A model generated the notes under the pieces. That model searched no databases and was not told where the DNA came from. It saw nothing but the letters and a program-made list of their open reading frames with translations. Below are positions 21,211-31,196 of a DNA stretch of 64,000 nt, one piece after another. Made by a program: the position numbers and the translations under genes. The stretch comes from an uncultured Clostridia bacterium (GTDB lineage: Bacteria; Bacillota; Clostridia; Lachnospirales; CAG-274): contig CANQXR010000011.1 in assembly GCA_947627855.1 (NCBI GenBank), positions 1,638 through 65,637 of the forward strand, given 5' to 3'. Position 1 is the stretch's first letter, and every line of letters begins with the position of its first letter.

Positions 21211-22446
21211 TTGAAGGAATTTTTTACAGCAAACAGAAAGAAAATATATGATTTATTGAATTCAGGGGAAATGGCTGTTTTCTTTTCGGGCAGACCGCCA
21301 AAAAAAATAGGCGATGAAAATTATCCCTTTACGCCAAACAGAAATTTCTATTATCTGACAGGCTTAAGTGAGCCGGGAATAGCTCTTGTGATTTACAAGG
21401 GAAGTACAAAAGACGGAGAAGTCCTTTTTCTGAATATGCCGGACGAGGAAGAGGAAAAATGGACGGGTGAAGTTCTTAAAAACACCGAGGCAAGGGAAAA
21501 AAGCGGTATCAATGACTTTGCGTTTATGAATGCTTTCAGAGATATCACAGGCGACATCATATTCAGAAACCGAATCACAAAGGTTTATGCGGATATGGAA
21601 AAAAGAAGCTTTTACGAAACCACCGATGCCCTTGATTTCGCCGCAGAGCTGAAAAGAAGCTATCCCTATATCCGTATAGCGGATATTTACAATTACCTCG
21701 CAGACATAAGGTCTGTCAAAACGGAATCTGAAATACAAAACATCAGAAAAGCCATTGAGATTACCCAAAAGGGTATTTACGCTATGATGAAGAACTGTCA
21801 CGAGGGAATGTATGAATATGAGGTTGAGGCATATTTTGACTATGAGCTGAAAAGAGCGGGGGTTTTCGACAAGGCATTTGCGTCCATTGTAGCTTCGGGC
21901 ATAAACGGCTGTGTTCTGCACTACTCGGACAACAACACCAAAATAGGTCCCGATTCCTTAATATTGTGCGATGTCGGCGCGACCCACAATTTTTACAGCG
22001 CCGATATTACAAGGACATTTCCTGCCGGCGGTCGTTTTACGCCTTATCAGAGGGACATATACAATATAGTTCTTGAAGGCAATCTTATTACGCAGGAAAA
22101 CATCAGGGCAGGCATACCATTCCGAAGTCTTAACGAAAATCTGAAAAAATACTATGCGAAAGAGCTTAAGGCAATAAAGCTTATAAAGCTTGACGAGGAA
22201 GTGGCAAATTATTACTGGCATGGTGTCAGCCATCTTCTTGGGCTTGAAACCCATGACGTAGGACGTCACAACGAAGGGCTTCTTAAAGAAGGTATGGTTC
22301 TGACTGTGGAGCCGGGTCTGTACATAGCCGAAAAGGCTGTCGGCATACGCATAGAGGACGATGTTGTGGTAAAAAAGAATGGCTGTATAAATTTATCAAG
22401 TGATATAATCAAAACAGCAGATGAAATAGAAGGCTTTATGAAATGA
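21211..22446 (+). CDS. Xaa-Pro aminopeptidase (M24B)
   Basis: M24 pita-bread metal ligands (DVGA...YSADITRT, HGVSHLLGLETHD, EPGLY, IRIEDDVVV). TTG start behind AGGAGG. Confidence 0.85.
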   Translation: MKEFFTANRKKIYDLLNSGEMAVFFSGRPPKKIGDENYPFTPNRNFYYLTGLSEPGIALVIYKGSTKDGEVLFLNMPDEEEEKWTGEVLKNTEAREKSGINDFAFMNAFRDITGDIIFRNRITKVYADMEKRSFYETTDALDFAAELKRSYPYIRIADIYNYLADIRSVKTESEIQNIRKAIEITQKGIYAMMKNCHEGMYEYEVEAYFDYELKRAGVFDKAFASIVASGINGCVLHYSDNNTKIGPDSLILCDVGATHNFYSADITRTFPAGGRFTPYQRDIYNIVLEGNLITQENIRAGIPFRSLNENLKKYYAKELKAIKLIKLDEEVANYYWHGVSHLLGLETHDVGRHNEGLLKEGMVLTVEPGLYIAEKAVGIRIEDDVVVKKNGCINLSSDIIKTADEIEGFMK

Positions 22447-23144
22447 TAGAATATGAAAAGGATTTGTATGAACCCGTAAAAAAGCTTTTTGAAAGCAATG
22501 GATATACGGTAAAGGGAGAAGTCAAAAACTGTGATATTGTTGCCGTCAAGGGCGAAGAGCTTATTGTATGTGAGCTGAAAAAAAATTTCAGTTTAAAACT
22601 CGTTTATCAGCTTCTTGACAGAAAAGCAGTAAGCCCCATAGTATACGGCGCAACCGTAACCCCCAAAAAGGATCTGCGGAGCATAAAAAAGCTTATAAAG
22701 GCAATAGACTGCGGACTTATTTTTGTTTCCGGGGAAACATCCATTGCCGAGGTTGCTGTTAATCCCAAAGGCTTTTCAGCCGGAAAGGGACGCAGAGCCG
22801 CAAATGTAAAAAAGGAATTTGAGGGCAGAAGCTTTGACAACATAGGCGGCGTAAACAAAACAAAACTGATGACGGCATATAAGGAACGCTCAATAAAGCT
22901 GCTTTGCTATCTCGAAGCGTTGGAGGAGGCAAGTCCGGCAGCGCTGAGAAATCTTGGCTTTGATAAAAATGTAAGCAATATTTTATACAATAATTTTTAT
23001 GGTTGGTTTACGCGTGTAAGAAAGGGCGTATACTGCCTTTCCGAATCGGGAACAGATGCCCTGAACTGCGATGAATATAAACAACAGGTGGAATATTTCC
23101 GCCGTGAAATGGAGGACAGAAATGTACAGACTATCAAGAAATGA
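22443..23144 (+). CDS. DUF2161-like putative PD-(D/E)XK nuclease-fold protein with C-terminal winged-helix-like region
   Basis: N-terminal NCDIVAV.GEELIVCELK fits D...E.K of the PD-(D/E)XK fold. ATGA start/stop overlap with the upstream peptidase gene. Confidence 0.5.
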   Translation: MIEYEKDLYEPVKKLFESNGYTVKGEVKNCDIVAVKGEELIVCELKKNFSLKLVYQLLDRKAVSPIVYGATVTPKKDLRSIKKLIKAIDCGLIFVSGETSIAEVAVNPKGFSAGKGRRAANVKKEFEGRSFDNIGGVNKTKLMTAYKERSIKLLCYLEALEEASPAALRNLGFDKNVSNILYNNFYGWFTRVRKGVYCLSESGTDALNCDEYKQQVEYFRREMEDRNVQTIKK

Positions 23145-23988
23145 CAAATGTTGGTGTGGCAGCGGGAAAAAATATAAGCTGTGCCACGAAAGATCCGATG
23201 AGAAAATACTTATGCCGCTTAAAAGAGCAGGCTATCCCATCCCCCCACGCCGCCTCATATTAAATGCGGAACAAATTAACGGAATAAAAGAAAGCGCCAA
23301 AATAACCGTTGCAATACTTGATCAACTGGAGGATATTGTGAAAGAAGGCATCACAACAAATGAAATAAACGACTTCGTTCACAAATACACGATCGACCAC
23401 GGCGGCATTCCTGCGCCCTTAAATTATAATGGGTTTCCAAAAAGCTGCTGCACTTCTGTAAACGATGTAATTTGTCATGGAATACCCGGAAAACAAAAAC
23501 TGAAAAATGGGGATATCGTCAACATAGACATAACAACCATACTTGGCGGCTATTATTCCGATTCAAGCAGAATGTATACTATCGGCGAAATTTCCGACGA
23601 AGCAAGGCAGCTTATAGATGTTACGAAAGAATGTATGTACGAGGGCATAAAAGCCGTAAAGCCATATCACCCCGTAGGTGAAATAGGAAATGTAATTCAC
23701 GATATAGCTGATAAATACGGCTACGGCGTAGTCCGTGATTTGTGCGGTCATGGCGTAGGGCTTAAATTCCACGAGGATCCCCTTGTGTGCCATTACCGTA
23801 CCAAATATCCAACAATGATAATGGTTCCGGGAATGGTTTTCACTGTGGAGCCTATGATAAATCAGGGAACATGGAGAGGACATACCCTTTCCGACAACTG
23901 GACCTTTGTTACAGACGATAAAAAGCTGTCGGCTCAATGGGAGCATACGGTCGTTGTTACCGAGGACGGCTGTGAAATTCTGACTTAA
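23122..23988 (+). CDS. map: Type I methionine aminopeptidase with N-terminal SEC-C zinc motif
   Basis: CWCGSGKKYKLCH SEC-C motif, then M24A motifs (DIVNIDIT, GHGVG, FTVEP, EHTV). Start at ATG 23122 behind GGAGGA. Confidence 0.9.
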   Translation: MYRLSRNDKCWCGSGKKYKLCHERSDEKILMPLKRAGYPIPPRRLILNAEQINGIKESAKITVAILDQLEDIVKEGITTNEINDFVHKYTIDHGGIPAPLNYNGFPKSCCTSVNDVICHGIPGKQKLKNGDIVNIDITTILGGYYSDSSRMYTIGEISDEARQLIDVTKECMYEGIKAVKPYHPVGEIGNVIHDIADKYGYGVVRDLCGHGVGLKFHEDPLVCHYRTKYPTMIMVPGMVFTVEPMINQGTWRGHTLSDNWTFVTDDKKLSAQWEHTVVVTEDGCEILT

Positions 23989-23997
23989 GGAGAAATT

Positions 23998-24711
23998 ATG
24001 AAGCTGAACGAATTTATTATAAATGATGGAAAAATCCACCCGTGTTTTATAATCTGCCCCGGAGGCGGCTATAACCACCTCTCAAACCATGAAGGAGCAA
24101 ATGTCGCCGAAAAACTCAACAGCCGGGACATAAGCTGTTTTGTGCTTGAATATGACTTTACCTTTCCGTCACCCCTTTATGATATAAAAAGAGCAGTTCG
24201 ACTTGTAAGATTCAATGCATCAAAATATAACATCGATCCGTCAAGAGTGGGAGTAATGGGCTTTTCGGCAGGCGGTCATCTTGCGGGAATGTGCAGCGAG
24301 TTTTTCGACAGCTTTGAAAAAAATCCCATAGACGATGCGGACAGAATGTCAGCAAGACCTGATATCACTGTGCTGTGTTATCCTGTCATAACCCTTTCAA
24401 AGGACTATGGTCATACAGGATCAAGGATAATGCTCGGTGAGCATACAGAGCTTGCGGAAACTCTTTCCCTCGAAAATTCCGTTCGGGAGGATATGCCGCC
24501 TGTTTTCATATGGCATACATTCGAGGATAAAAGCGTGTCATACATAAACAGTATAGAGATGGCTAAAGCACTTAAGGATAAAAATGTGCCTTGTGAGCTT
24601 CATATATTCCCATACGGCAGACACGGCTCCGACCTTGCCGAAAATATACCCGGCACCTGTCAATGGACAACTCTTCTCATAGATTTTCTGAAAAGACAAA
24701 GCTTTCTCTGA
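23998..24711 (+). CDS. Alpha/beta hydrolase (acetyl esterase/lipase-like)
   Basis: GFSAGGHLA nucleophile elbow and C-terminal H in GRHGS. Confidence 0.7.
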   Translation: MKLNEFIINDGKIHPCFIICPGGGYNHLSNHEGANVAEKLNSRDISCFVLEYDFTFPSPLYDIKRAVRLVRFNASKYNIDPSRVGVMGFSAGGHLAGMCSEFFDSFEKNPIDDADRMSARPDITVLCYPVITLSKDYGHTGSRIMLGEHTELAETLSLENSVREDMPPVFIWHTFEDKSVSYINSIEMAKALKDKNVPCELHIFPYGRHGSDLAENIPGTCQWTTLLIDFLKRQSFL

Positions 24712-24776
24712 TATGTCCTCCGGTTTAGCATTCATATTCTGCGCCCTAAAAGAATATAATTTTCATGGGTGATATC

Positions 24777-25052
24777 ATGGAAAGAATGTATAACATAAAG
24801 CGTAAGGAGGTTATAAACATAAGGGACGGAGCAAGACTGGGCTTTGTCAGCGATGTTGTGCTTGATGAAAAAAACGGTCAGGTAAAATATTTCATAGTGC
24901 CCGCCCCTACTAAGCTCTCGTGTATTTTCAGCACAAGAGAATATCGCATAAGCTGGTGCGATGTCAAAGTTTTGGGAGAAGATTATCTGCTTATAGATGC
25001 TGATCCCAAAATGTTGCTTTCGGACAGAAAAAATAACCGGCATACCGACTAG
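24777..25052 (+). CDS. YlmC/YmxH-family PRC-barrel sporulation protein
   Basis: KEVINIRDGARLGFVSDVVLDEKNGQV..FIVP pattern. Start at ATG 24777 behind GGGTGA. Confidence 0.75.
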   Translation: MERMYNIKRKEVINIRDGARLGFVSDVVLDEKNGQVKYFIVPAPTKLSCIFSTREYRISWCDVKVLGEDYLLIDADPKMLLSDRKNNRHTD

Positions 25053-25059
25053 CGTCATT

Positions 25060-25170
25060 CCGCAGCGCAGGCAGTCAAGTGGGGGCAGCTTTGCTGCCCC
25101 CACTTGACTGCCTGCGCTACGGGTCGGGGCGTTCAGAGTATACGCCAAGGGCGTATACTCTGAACGCCCC
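25060..25170. repeat. Double-palindrome module, unit 1
   Basis: HP1 ccgcagcgcaggcagtcaagtgggggcagc-ttt-gctgcccccacttgactgcctgcgctacgg (one C.A mismatch). HP2 ggggcgttcagagtatacgcc-aag-ggcgtatactctgaacgcccc. Confidence 0.95.
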
Positions 25171-25312
25171 TGAGCAGCCCTATATAACAAAAAACCAACT
25201 TAATCTATAAGCTATCTTTTTTATATATTATAAATCACTTTTGAGGTTTCAAAATCTGTTGTTGATAATCTTTTTCTTCTGAGCAAAATTCAACTTACTG
25301 ACTAACGTCATT

Positions 25313-25425
25313 CCGCAGGGCAAGCCACCGAGTGGGGGCAGCTCTGCTGCCCCCACTCGGTGGCTTGCCCTGCGGGTCGGGGGCTTTCGGAGTATACGCC
25401 AAAGGCGTATACTCCGAAAGCCCCC
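25313..25425. repeat. Double-palindrome module, unit 2
   Basis: HP1 ccgcagggcaagccaccgagtgggggcagc-tct-gctgcccccactcggtggcttgccctgcgg (perfect). HP2 gggggctttcggagtatacgcc-aaa-ggcgtatactccgaaagccccc (perfect). Confidence 0.95.
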
Positions 25426-25575
25426 GAGCAGCCATACATAATAAAAAATTTGCTATACATTATAACAGACCTTTCTTTTTATATTTTTAAAAACATTCAA
25501 GCCGTCAAAATCCGTTGCTTCGTTGCTTATGATATTTACCTGAAATCAAACTCCGCCATGCCAACTGACATTGTT

Positions 25576-25684
25576 CCGTAGGGCAAACCGTCAAGTGGGA
25601 CAGCCCTGCTGTCCCACTTGACGGTTTGTCCTACGGGTCGGGGCATTCAGAGTATACGCCAAGGGCGTATACTCTGAATGCCCC
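25576..25684. repeat. Double-palindrome module, unit 3
   Basis: HP1 ccgtagggcaaaccgtcaagtgggacagc-cct-gctgtcccacttgacggtttgtcctacgg (one G.T). HP2 ggggcattcagagtatacgcc-aag-ggcgtatactctgaatgcccc. Confidence 0.95.
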
Positions 25685-25830
25685 GGGCAGCCCCATATAA
25701 TAAAAAGCTTACCGTACATTATAGCAGATTTTTTACTTTTTTATATGTTATAAAGCACTTTTTAATTATCAAAGTCAATTGTTAATGATATTTCCACAAT
25801 ACAAAATCCAACATACCGACTAACGTCATT

Positions 25831-25953
25831 CCGTGGGGCAAGCCGCCGAGTGGGAGCAGCTTTGCTGCTCCCACTCGGCGGCTTGCCCCACGGGTCGGGG
25901 GGTGGGATTTAAGAGTACACGCCAAAGGCGTATACTCTTAAATCCCACCCCCC
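25831..25953. repeat. Double-palindrome module, unit 4
   Basis: HP1 ccgtggggcaagccgccgagtgggagcagc-ttt-gctgctcccactcggcggcttgccccacgg (perfect). HP2 ggggggtgggatttaagagtacacgcc-aaa-ggcgtatactcttaaatcccacccccc (one C.A). Confidence 0.95.
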
Positions 25954-25965
25954 GAGCAGCCCATA

Positions 25966-26002
25966 TAAAAAGGTCTGCCGTACATCACAGCAGACCTTTT
26001 TA
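25966..26002. terminator. Bidirectional terminator at the end of the array and the 3' end of ilvB
   Basis: aaaaa-ggtctgc-N11-gcagacc-ttttta. Degenerate versions of the same hairpin plus T-run follow units 1-3. Confidence 0.65.
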
Positions 26003-27679
26003 TTAATACATATCATCAAAGGTTATAAGACTGTCGCAGCCCTTTCCCGCAGGAATCATAGGCAAAACCATTTCATCATTGTCAATTATACAGTTTATAA
26101 GACAGGTTTTTCCCGATTCCATAGCTTTTCTGAGAGCCGGTTCAAATTCTTCAGGCTTTCTTACCTCAAATGCAAGAGCGCCGAAAGCCTCTGCAAGCTT
26201 GCAGAAATCCGTTCCCTTTCTGAGGGTCGTCTGCGAATAGCGTTTGCCGTAAAAAAGTGTCTGCCACTGTCTTACCATACCCAGAACCTCATTATTTATA
26301 AGTACCTCTATAACAGGCAAATCGGAAAAAACAGAGGTTGCAAGCTCGTTGCAGTTCATATAGAAACAACCATCACCGGCTATATTTATAACTGTCTTGT
26401 CAGGGTTGCCGGCCTTTGCGCCTATTGCGGCACCAAGTCCATAGCCCATTGTACCAAGTCCTCCCGAAGTTATCAGGTGACGAGGATATTTCTGTGTAAG
26501 GAACTGACACGCCCACATCTGATGCTGTCCTACCTCAGTGGCAATAATAGCCTCTCCCTTTGTTACTTCATTTATTTTTTCTATTATAAACTGAGGGTGA
26601 AGCTCATTGCCGTCAAAATATTTGAGGGGATTTTCTTTGCATATATTTATGCACTCTTCCTTCCAAGGCGTAAACTTAACAGTACCGACCTTGTTTTTAA
26701 TATGCTTGAAAATCTCTCTCAAATCTCCGACAACACTTGCGTCCGTCATTACGTTTTTGTTAATTTCCGCAGGATCTATGTCAAAATGCAGAACCTTTGC
26801 GCCCGGCACAAACTTAGATACGTCAGTTGCAATTCTGTCCGAAAATCTCGTGCCGGCAGAAATAAACACATCACATTCGTTTGCCGCTACATTTGCGCCT
26901 ACTGTGCCGTGCATACCTATCATACCCATATATCCCGACAAATCGCTGGGTATTACTCCAAGCCCCATGGAGGTGGAGCAGACAGGCATATCCGTTCTCT
27001 TGAGAAATGAAAGTATTTCATCTCTTGCTCCCGAAGCAACAGCCCCGCCGCCTACGCAAAGCAAAGGCTTTTTGGCGTTGTTTATTATTTCAGCTGCGCT
27101 CTCGATATCGCTTTCCTCTATGGAATCCGTTTTGGGCAATATAGGTTCGGGGGCTTTATAGGTATATTCCGCCTTATTCGCCGTTACGTCCTTTGTAATG
27201 TCCACAAGAACGGCGCCCTTTCTGCCCGATGCGGCAATACGAAAAGCCGACCTTATGGTGTCCGCAAGGTCATTTACGTCCTTTACAATGTAGTTATGCT
27301 TTGTAATAGGCATCGTTATGCCTGTAATATCAACCTCCTGAAAGCTGTCCTTGCCCAACAGTGGAAGCCCCACATTGCAGGTTATGGCAACAAGCGGAAT
27401 GGAGTCCAGATTTGCCGTTGCTATGCCTGTTACAAGATTTGTTGCGCCGGGACCGGACGTTGCCAGACACACTCCGACCTTACCTGTCGAACGCGCATAT
27501 CCGTCAGCAGCATGAGATGCTCCCTGCTCGTGAGAGGTAAGGTAGTGCTTTATCTCACTGCTGTGCTTGTAAAGAGCATCGTAAACATTCAGAATAGCTC
27601 CTCCCGGATAGCCAAAAACAACATCAACCCCCTGCTCCTTTAAACATTCTATAAGTATTTCGGAACCTGTTAACAGCAT
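26003..27679 (-). CDS. ilvB: Acetolactate synthase large subunit
   Basis: ThDP enzyme pattern: GYPGGAIL, GPGATNLVTG, GLGTMGYGLGAAIGAK, GDGCF.MN.QEL. Confidence 0.95.
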   Translation of the reverse strand: MLLTGSEILIECLKEQGVDVVFGYPGGAILNVYDALYKHSSEIKHYLTSHEQGASHAADGYARSTGKVGVCLATSGPGATNLVTGIATANLDSIPLVAITCNVGLPLLGKDSFQEVDITGITMPITKHNYIVKDVNDLADTIRSAFRIAASGRKGAVLVDITKDVTANKAEYTYKAPEPILPKTDSIEESDIESAAEIINNAKKPLLCVGGGAVASGARDEILSFLKRTDMPVCSTSMGLGVIPSDLSGYMGMIGMHGTVGANVAANECDVFISAGTRFSDRIATDVSKFVPGAKVLHFDIDPAEINKNVMTDASVVGDLREIFKHIKNKVGTVKFTPWKEECINICKENPLKYFDGNELHPQFIIEKINEVTKGEAIIATEVGQHQMWACQFLTQKYPRHLITSGGLGTMGYGLGAAIGAKAGNPDKTVINIAGDGCFYMNCNELATSVFSDLPVIEVLINNEVLGMVRQWQTLFYGKRYSQTTLRKGTDFCKLAEAFGALAFEVRKPEEFEPALRKAMESGKTCLINCIIDNDEMVLPMIPAGKGCDSLITFDDMY

Positions 27680-27697
27680 ACTTCTCTTTCCTTTCTA

Positions 27698-29368
27698 TCA
27701 ATCGAGTACAGCTCCCCTGTCAGCCGATGAAACAAGTCTTGCATATCTTGCAAGCCAGCCTGTTTTGATTTTCGGCTCAGGCATCTTATGATTCTTTCTT
27801 CTTTCCTCCAGCTCTTCGTCTGAAAGTCTTACATTTATGCTTCCTTCGTTTATGTCAATATCGATTATGTCGCCCTCTTTTACTAAGCCTATGGCTCCTC
27901 CTGCCATGGCTTCGGGTGATATATGACCTATTGAGGCCCCTCTTGACGCTCCCGAAAAACGACCGTCAGTAATAAGGGCAACCTCCTTGTCAAGCTTCAT
28001 GCCTGCAAGAGCCGATGTGGGTGAAAGCATTTCCCTCATACCCGGACCTCCCTTTGGTCCCTCGTAGAGTATGACAACAATATCTCCCGAAACGATTTTG
28101 CCGCCGAATATTGCCGCAATAGCCTCCTCTTCAGAGTTGAAAACTCTTGCCGGACCGCTGTGCTTAAGCATTTCCGGAGCAACTGCCGACCTTTTCACAA
28201 CACAGCCGTTCTTTGCTATATTGCCCTTTAAAACAGCTATACCGCCTGTTTTTGAATACGGATTTTCCACAGGACGTATAAGGCTCGTGTTTTTATTCAC
28301 AGCGTTTTCTATATTCTCTCCCACTGTTTTGAGTGTACAGGTAAGATTGTCGAGAGAGAGGAGTCCGAGCTTGCTTATTTCCTTCATTACGGCAGGTATT
28401 CCTCCTGCTTCGTTAAGCTCTTCTATATAATTCGGTCCCGCGGGGGCAAGATGGCAAAGATTGGGGGTCTTTGCGGAAATCTCGTTTGCTATGTCAAGAT
28501 TCAGCTCCACACCTGCCTCGTGAGCTATTGCGGGAAGATGGAGCATTGAATTTGTGGAGCAGCCCAGCGCCATATCCATTGTAAGAGCGTTTCTGAATGC
28601 CTTTTCATTCATAATATCCTTTGGCTTTATGTCCTTTTCCACAAGCTTCATAATCTGCATGCCGGCGTGCTTTGCAAGAATAATTCTGTCGCCTGATACG
28701 GCAGGAATAGTTCCGTTTCCCGGAAGAGCCATTCCTATTACCTCGGAAAGACAGTTCATTGAATTTGCAGTATACATACCTGAGCATGAGCCGCAGCCCG
28801 GACAGGATTTGTTTTCATATTCCTTAAGCTGCTCATCATTTATAAGCCCTGCCTCATATGCGCCTACTGCCTCAAATGTGGCGGAAAGGCTTAATTTTCT
28901 CATACCCTCGCCGCAGTCCATATGTCCTGCAAGCATAGGTCCGCCGCTTACAACTATTGCCGGAATATTAAGTCTTGCGGCAGCCATAAGCATTCCCGGA
29001 ACTATCTTATCACAATTGGGTATAAGCACAAGTCCGTCAAAGCCGTGAGCCATTGCAAGGGATTCTGTTGAATCGGCAATAAGCTCTCTTGAAGGCAGAG
29101 AATAGTGCATACCTATATGCCCCATTGCAATACCGTCACACACGCCTATGGCAGGTACCTCTATGGGCGTTCCTCCTGCGGCAAGCACTCCCGCCTTTAC
29201 TGCGGCAGCTATTTTGTCAAGGTGCATATGTCCCGGTATAATTTCGCTTTTGGCATTCACAACGCCTATAAGAGGTCTTGCAAGATCTTCATCTGTATAT
29301 CCCATAGCCTTAAAAAGCGAACGATGGGGAGTTTTATCGGGTCCCTTTTTCACTCTGTCACTTATCAT
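27698..29368 (-). CDS. ilvD: Dihydroxy-acid dehydratase
   Basis: [51 protein letters not shown] motifs. Start set at ATG 29368, 10 nt downstream of the preceding gene's stop; the ORF-track extension to 29461 overlaps that gene. Confidence 0.95.
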   Translation of the reverse strand: MISDRVKKGPDKTPHRSLFKAMGYTDEDLARPLIGVVNAKSEIIPGHMHLDKIAAAVKAGVLAAGGTPIEVPAIGVCDGIAMGHIGMHYSLPSRELIADSTESLAMAHGFDGLVLIPNCDKIVPGMLMAAARLNIPAIVVSGGPMLAGHMDCGEGMRKLSLSATFEAVGAYEAGLINDEQLKEYENKSCPGCGSCSGMYTANSMNCLSEVIGMALPGNGTIPAVSGDRIILAKHAGMQIMKLVEKDIKPKDIMNEKAFRNALTMDMALGCSTNSMLHLPAIAHEAGVELNLDIANEISAKTPNLCHLAPAGPNYIEELNEAGGIPAVMKEISKLGLLSLDNLTCTLKTVGENIENAVNKNTSLIRPVENPYSKTGGIAVLKGNIAKNGCVVKRSAVAPEMLKHSGPARVFNSEEEAIAAIFGGKIVSGDIVVILYEGPKGGPGMREMLSPTSALAGMKLDKEVALITDGRFSGASRGASIGHISPEAMAGGAIGLVKEGDIIDIDINEGSINVRLSDEELEERRKNHKMPEPKIKTGWLARYARLVSSADRGAVLD

Positions 29369-31196
29369 ATTCGTCCTCCTCCTTTGTTGTCCAAGCGGAT
29401 CTGACCGCTTCTTCTCCGTATATTGTATAATATCTGTATTCGCCGTTTTCCAGACGGACATTCACAAGCCCGTTAATATATTTATAGGGGTCTGTTGAAA
29501 CCATTTTTACGTCTGTAACAATCCTGCCCAGAACTCCTTCGGTGTCAAATACGTCAATCTCATTCGGGGATTTTGCCACATAGCCTATACCGTCATAAAC
29601 ATCAATATCGTGTCCCGTTCCCAGATCGATTATCTCTTTGCCGTTTCTGTCAAGGATTTTAAAGGGTGCGCAGTAGCTCCAGTTGGTCTTGTTTATGTCG
29701 CAGGCGTGTATATACTCTCCGCCCTCTTCTGCGCTTATATAATCAAAGCCGAGAGCCGCCGCATCTATAAGAACCTCTCCGTTTTTGTCAAGCAGGAAAT
29801 AATTTTCCTTGCTGTCCTTCGCTATAATATCACCCTTGTCGGTAAACTTCATATATGAATAGCCTCTTATATATTCATTACTGTAAACCCTTAAAAGCAC
29901 ATAACCCTTTTCAAGGCTGTCATTAAGAATCATATTGGTGCCCGATGTTCCCGTTACTTCATATCTGCCTGTGTCTATCTGAACAGACTTCGACTTTTCG
30001 CCGCTTACATTTCTTATTTCATAGCTTCCGCCGCCGTTGTCATATAAGTACCAGCCGTTTATAACAAAGCCTTCGTTTCTGAAATTAGCAAAAGGATCTC
30101 CGTCATATTCGTCCGTTACCTCTCCCGTCTTTAAATCAACCGCCATTGGTGCATAGTTTGCCGAAAAGCCGTATGCCTTGTCGTCGGTAAAACCGTCTAT
30201 CTGACTAAAATCGGGACCTATCTGCTGTTTATCCTTACCTATGAATATACTCCTGCCAACACCTGCTCCCACAGAGGTAACAACCTGCATATAGTCATTT
30301 CCTACGGGATATACATAGCCTTTTTCGGCTGCGGTGTAGGAATTTCCTGCTCCGTCATAATATATCGGCTCGTAGGTATAGTCCTTGCTGACCCACATAT
30401 AAGGGGCGTCAAGCCGATACCTGCCGTTATGGTCGCCATACAGCATATTATCGGCTGAAGGATAAAGCTCAGGCTCAGGTCTTGTAACCTTTCCGGGAGC
30501 TTTACATACATAATAAAGCCTTAAAACAGCCCTGTAAAACTCCTCCCGTGTCATCTCATCATCGGGGCGAAAGCTTTCACTGTCTCCAGACAGAATACCA
30601 AGATGATAAAGCACATTCACAGCTTCTCTGTTTTCCCTTGAAATGTCCTTGCTGTCCTTAAAAATATGAGGCAGGAAAACAGGATTTACGCCGTCTTTGT
30701 TATCAGCCCTCAGATCCTTTACAACAGAGGTTGAAACGTCAAGAAAACGATAGAGCATACCTGCCGTGTTTTCTCTTGTCACCTTTTCAAAATAGTTATA
30801 TTCGGGAGCTTTCTGCTTATAGATCCCCAAAGCCTCCATATAATTTACATACCATGTTTTGTCGTTTTCTGCGTTTTCATCATAGCCGCCTGCAAGAGCC
30901 TTTTCCTTAAGTCCGGCTATTTCGTCCGTATCGAGAAAGCTGCAGCCGTGTAGATTTTCCAGAACGCCGTTAAGGCTGTAACATATTTCGTCCGAAATCA
31001 TTCCCATCTGAAACGCCATTGCGTTGGCTGTGTGGAGAATGCCCAGATCCTGAAGCTCTTCCATCTCGCCTATGACTGCCTGTGAGCTTATACTGTCATA
31101 ATTGGGCGAAGAGCCCGGCTGTGACAATGCTTCAACAGGCGCTGCCACAGACATAACCAACATAAGCGCTGCCGCCCTGATTAAAAATTTCCTCAT
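29358..31196 (-). CDS. Secreted protein with an SLH-like segment and WG-repeat-like C-terminal region
   Basis: Signal peptide [65 protein letters not shown] resembles an SLH module. Repeated (L/I)D.NG.E.I segments resemble WG/KWG repeats. ATG 31196 overlaps the upstream stop (ATGA). Confidence 0.5.
   Translation of the reverse strand: MRKFLIRAAALMLVMSVAAPVEALSQPGSSPNYDSISSQAVIGEMEELQDLGILHTANAMAFQMGMISDEICYSLNGVLENLHGCSFLDTDEIAGLKEKALAGGYDENAENDKTWYVNYMEALGIYKQKAPEYNYFEKVTRENTAGMLYRFLDVSTSVVKDLRADNKDGVNPVFLPHIFKDSKDISRENREAVNVLYHLGILSGDSESFRPDDEMTREEFYRAVLRLYYVCKAPGKVTRPEPELYPSADNMLYGDHNGRYRLDAPYMWVSKDYTYEPIYYDGAGNSYTAAEKGYVYPVGNDYMQVVTSVGAGVGRSIFIGKDKQQIGPDFSQIDGFTDDKAYGFSANYAPMAVDLKTGEVTDEYDGDPFANFRNEGFVINGWYLYDNGGGSYEIRNVSGEKSKSVQIDTGRYEVTGTSGTNMILNDSLEKGYVLLRVYSNEYIRGYSYMKFTDKGDIIAKDSKENYFLLDKNGEVLIDAAALGFDYISAEEGGEYIHACDINKTNWSYCAPFKILDRNGKEIIDLGTGHDIDVYDGIGYVAKSPNEIDVFDTEGVLGRIVTDVKMVSTDPYKYINGLVNVRLENGEYRYYTIYGEEAVRSAWTTKEEDEYDK

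Larger units (their letters stand above)
25041..26002. repeat. Tandem array of four ~255-bp units, each carrying a double long-palindrome module (HP1 ~61-63 nt, GTC linker, HP2 45-57 nt) plus an AT-rich tail
   Basis: HP1 starts at 25060, 25313, 25576 and 25831 (periods 253/263/255). Flanks are conserved: (a/t)ctgac(t)a(a/g)cgtcattCCG upstream, CGG-GTC-GGGG between the hairpins, CCCC-(n)gagcagcc(c)atataa-aaaaa downstream. AT-rich inter-module segments are also alignable. The first unit begins inside the last 4 codons of ylmC/ymxH. Confidence 0.95.

Noticed and set aside
24732-25581. ORF-track ORFs crossing the palindrome array (24732..25190 minus, 152 aa; 25360..25581 plus, 73 aa)
   Set aside because: They have no RBS and start inside or run through perfect palindromes. 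The first is antisense to the well-supported ylmC/ymxH gene. Their peptide repeats (e.g. SEYTP.AYT) are simply the translated hairpin arms.
25170-25830. Type I toxin-antitoxin or small-peptide genes within the AT-rich parts of the repeat units
   Set aside because: I scanned both strands by eye for a short hydrophobic ORF behind a GGAGG-like RBS and found none. The only ATGs give 5-8 codon peptides without an RBS.
25041-26002. CRISPR array or integron attC cassette array as an explanation for the tandem units
   Set aside because: In CRISPR the repeats are short (24-48 nt) and identical with unrelated spacers. Here the 'repeat' is ~110-125 nt, varies between copies, and the spacers are homologous to each other. 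No cas genes are in the window. For an integron there are no cassette ORFs between sites and no intI.
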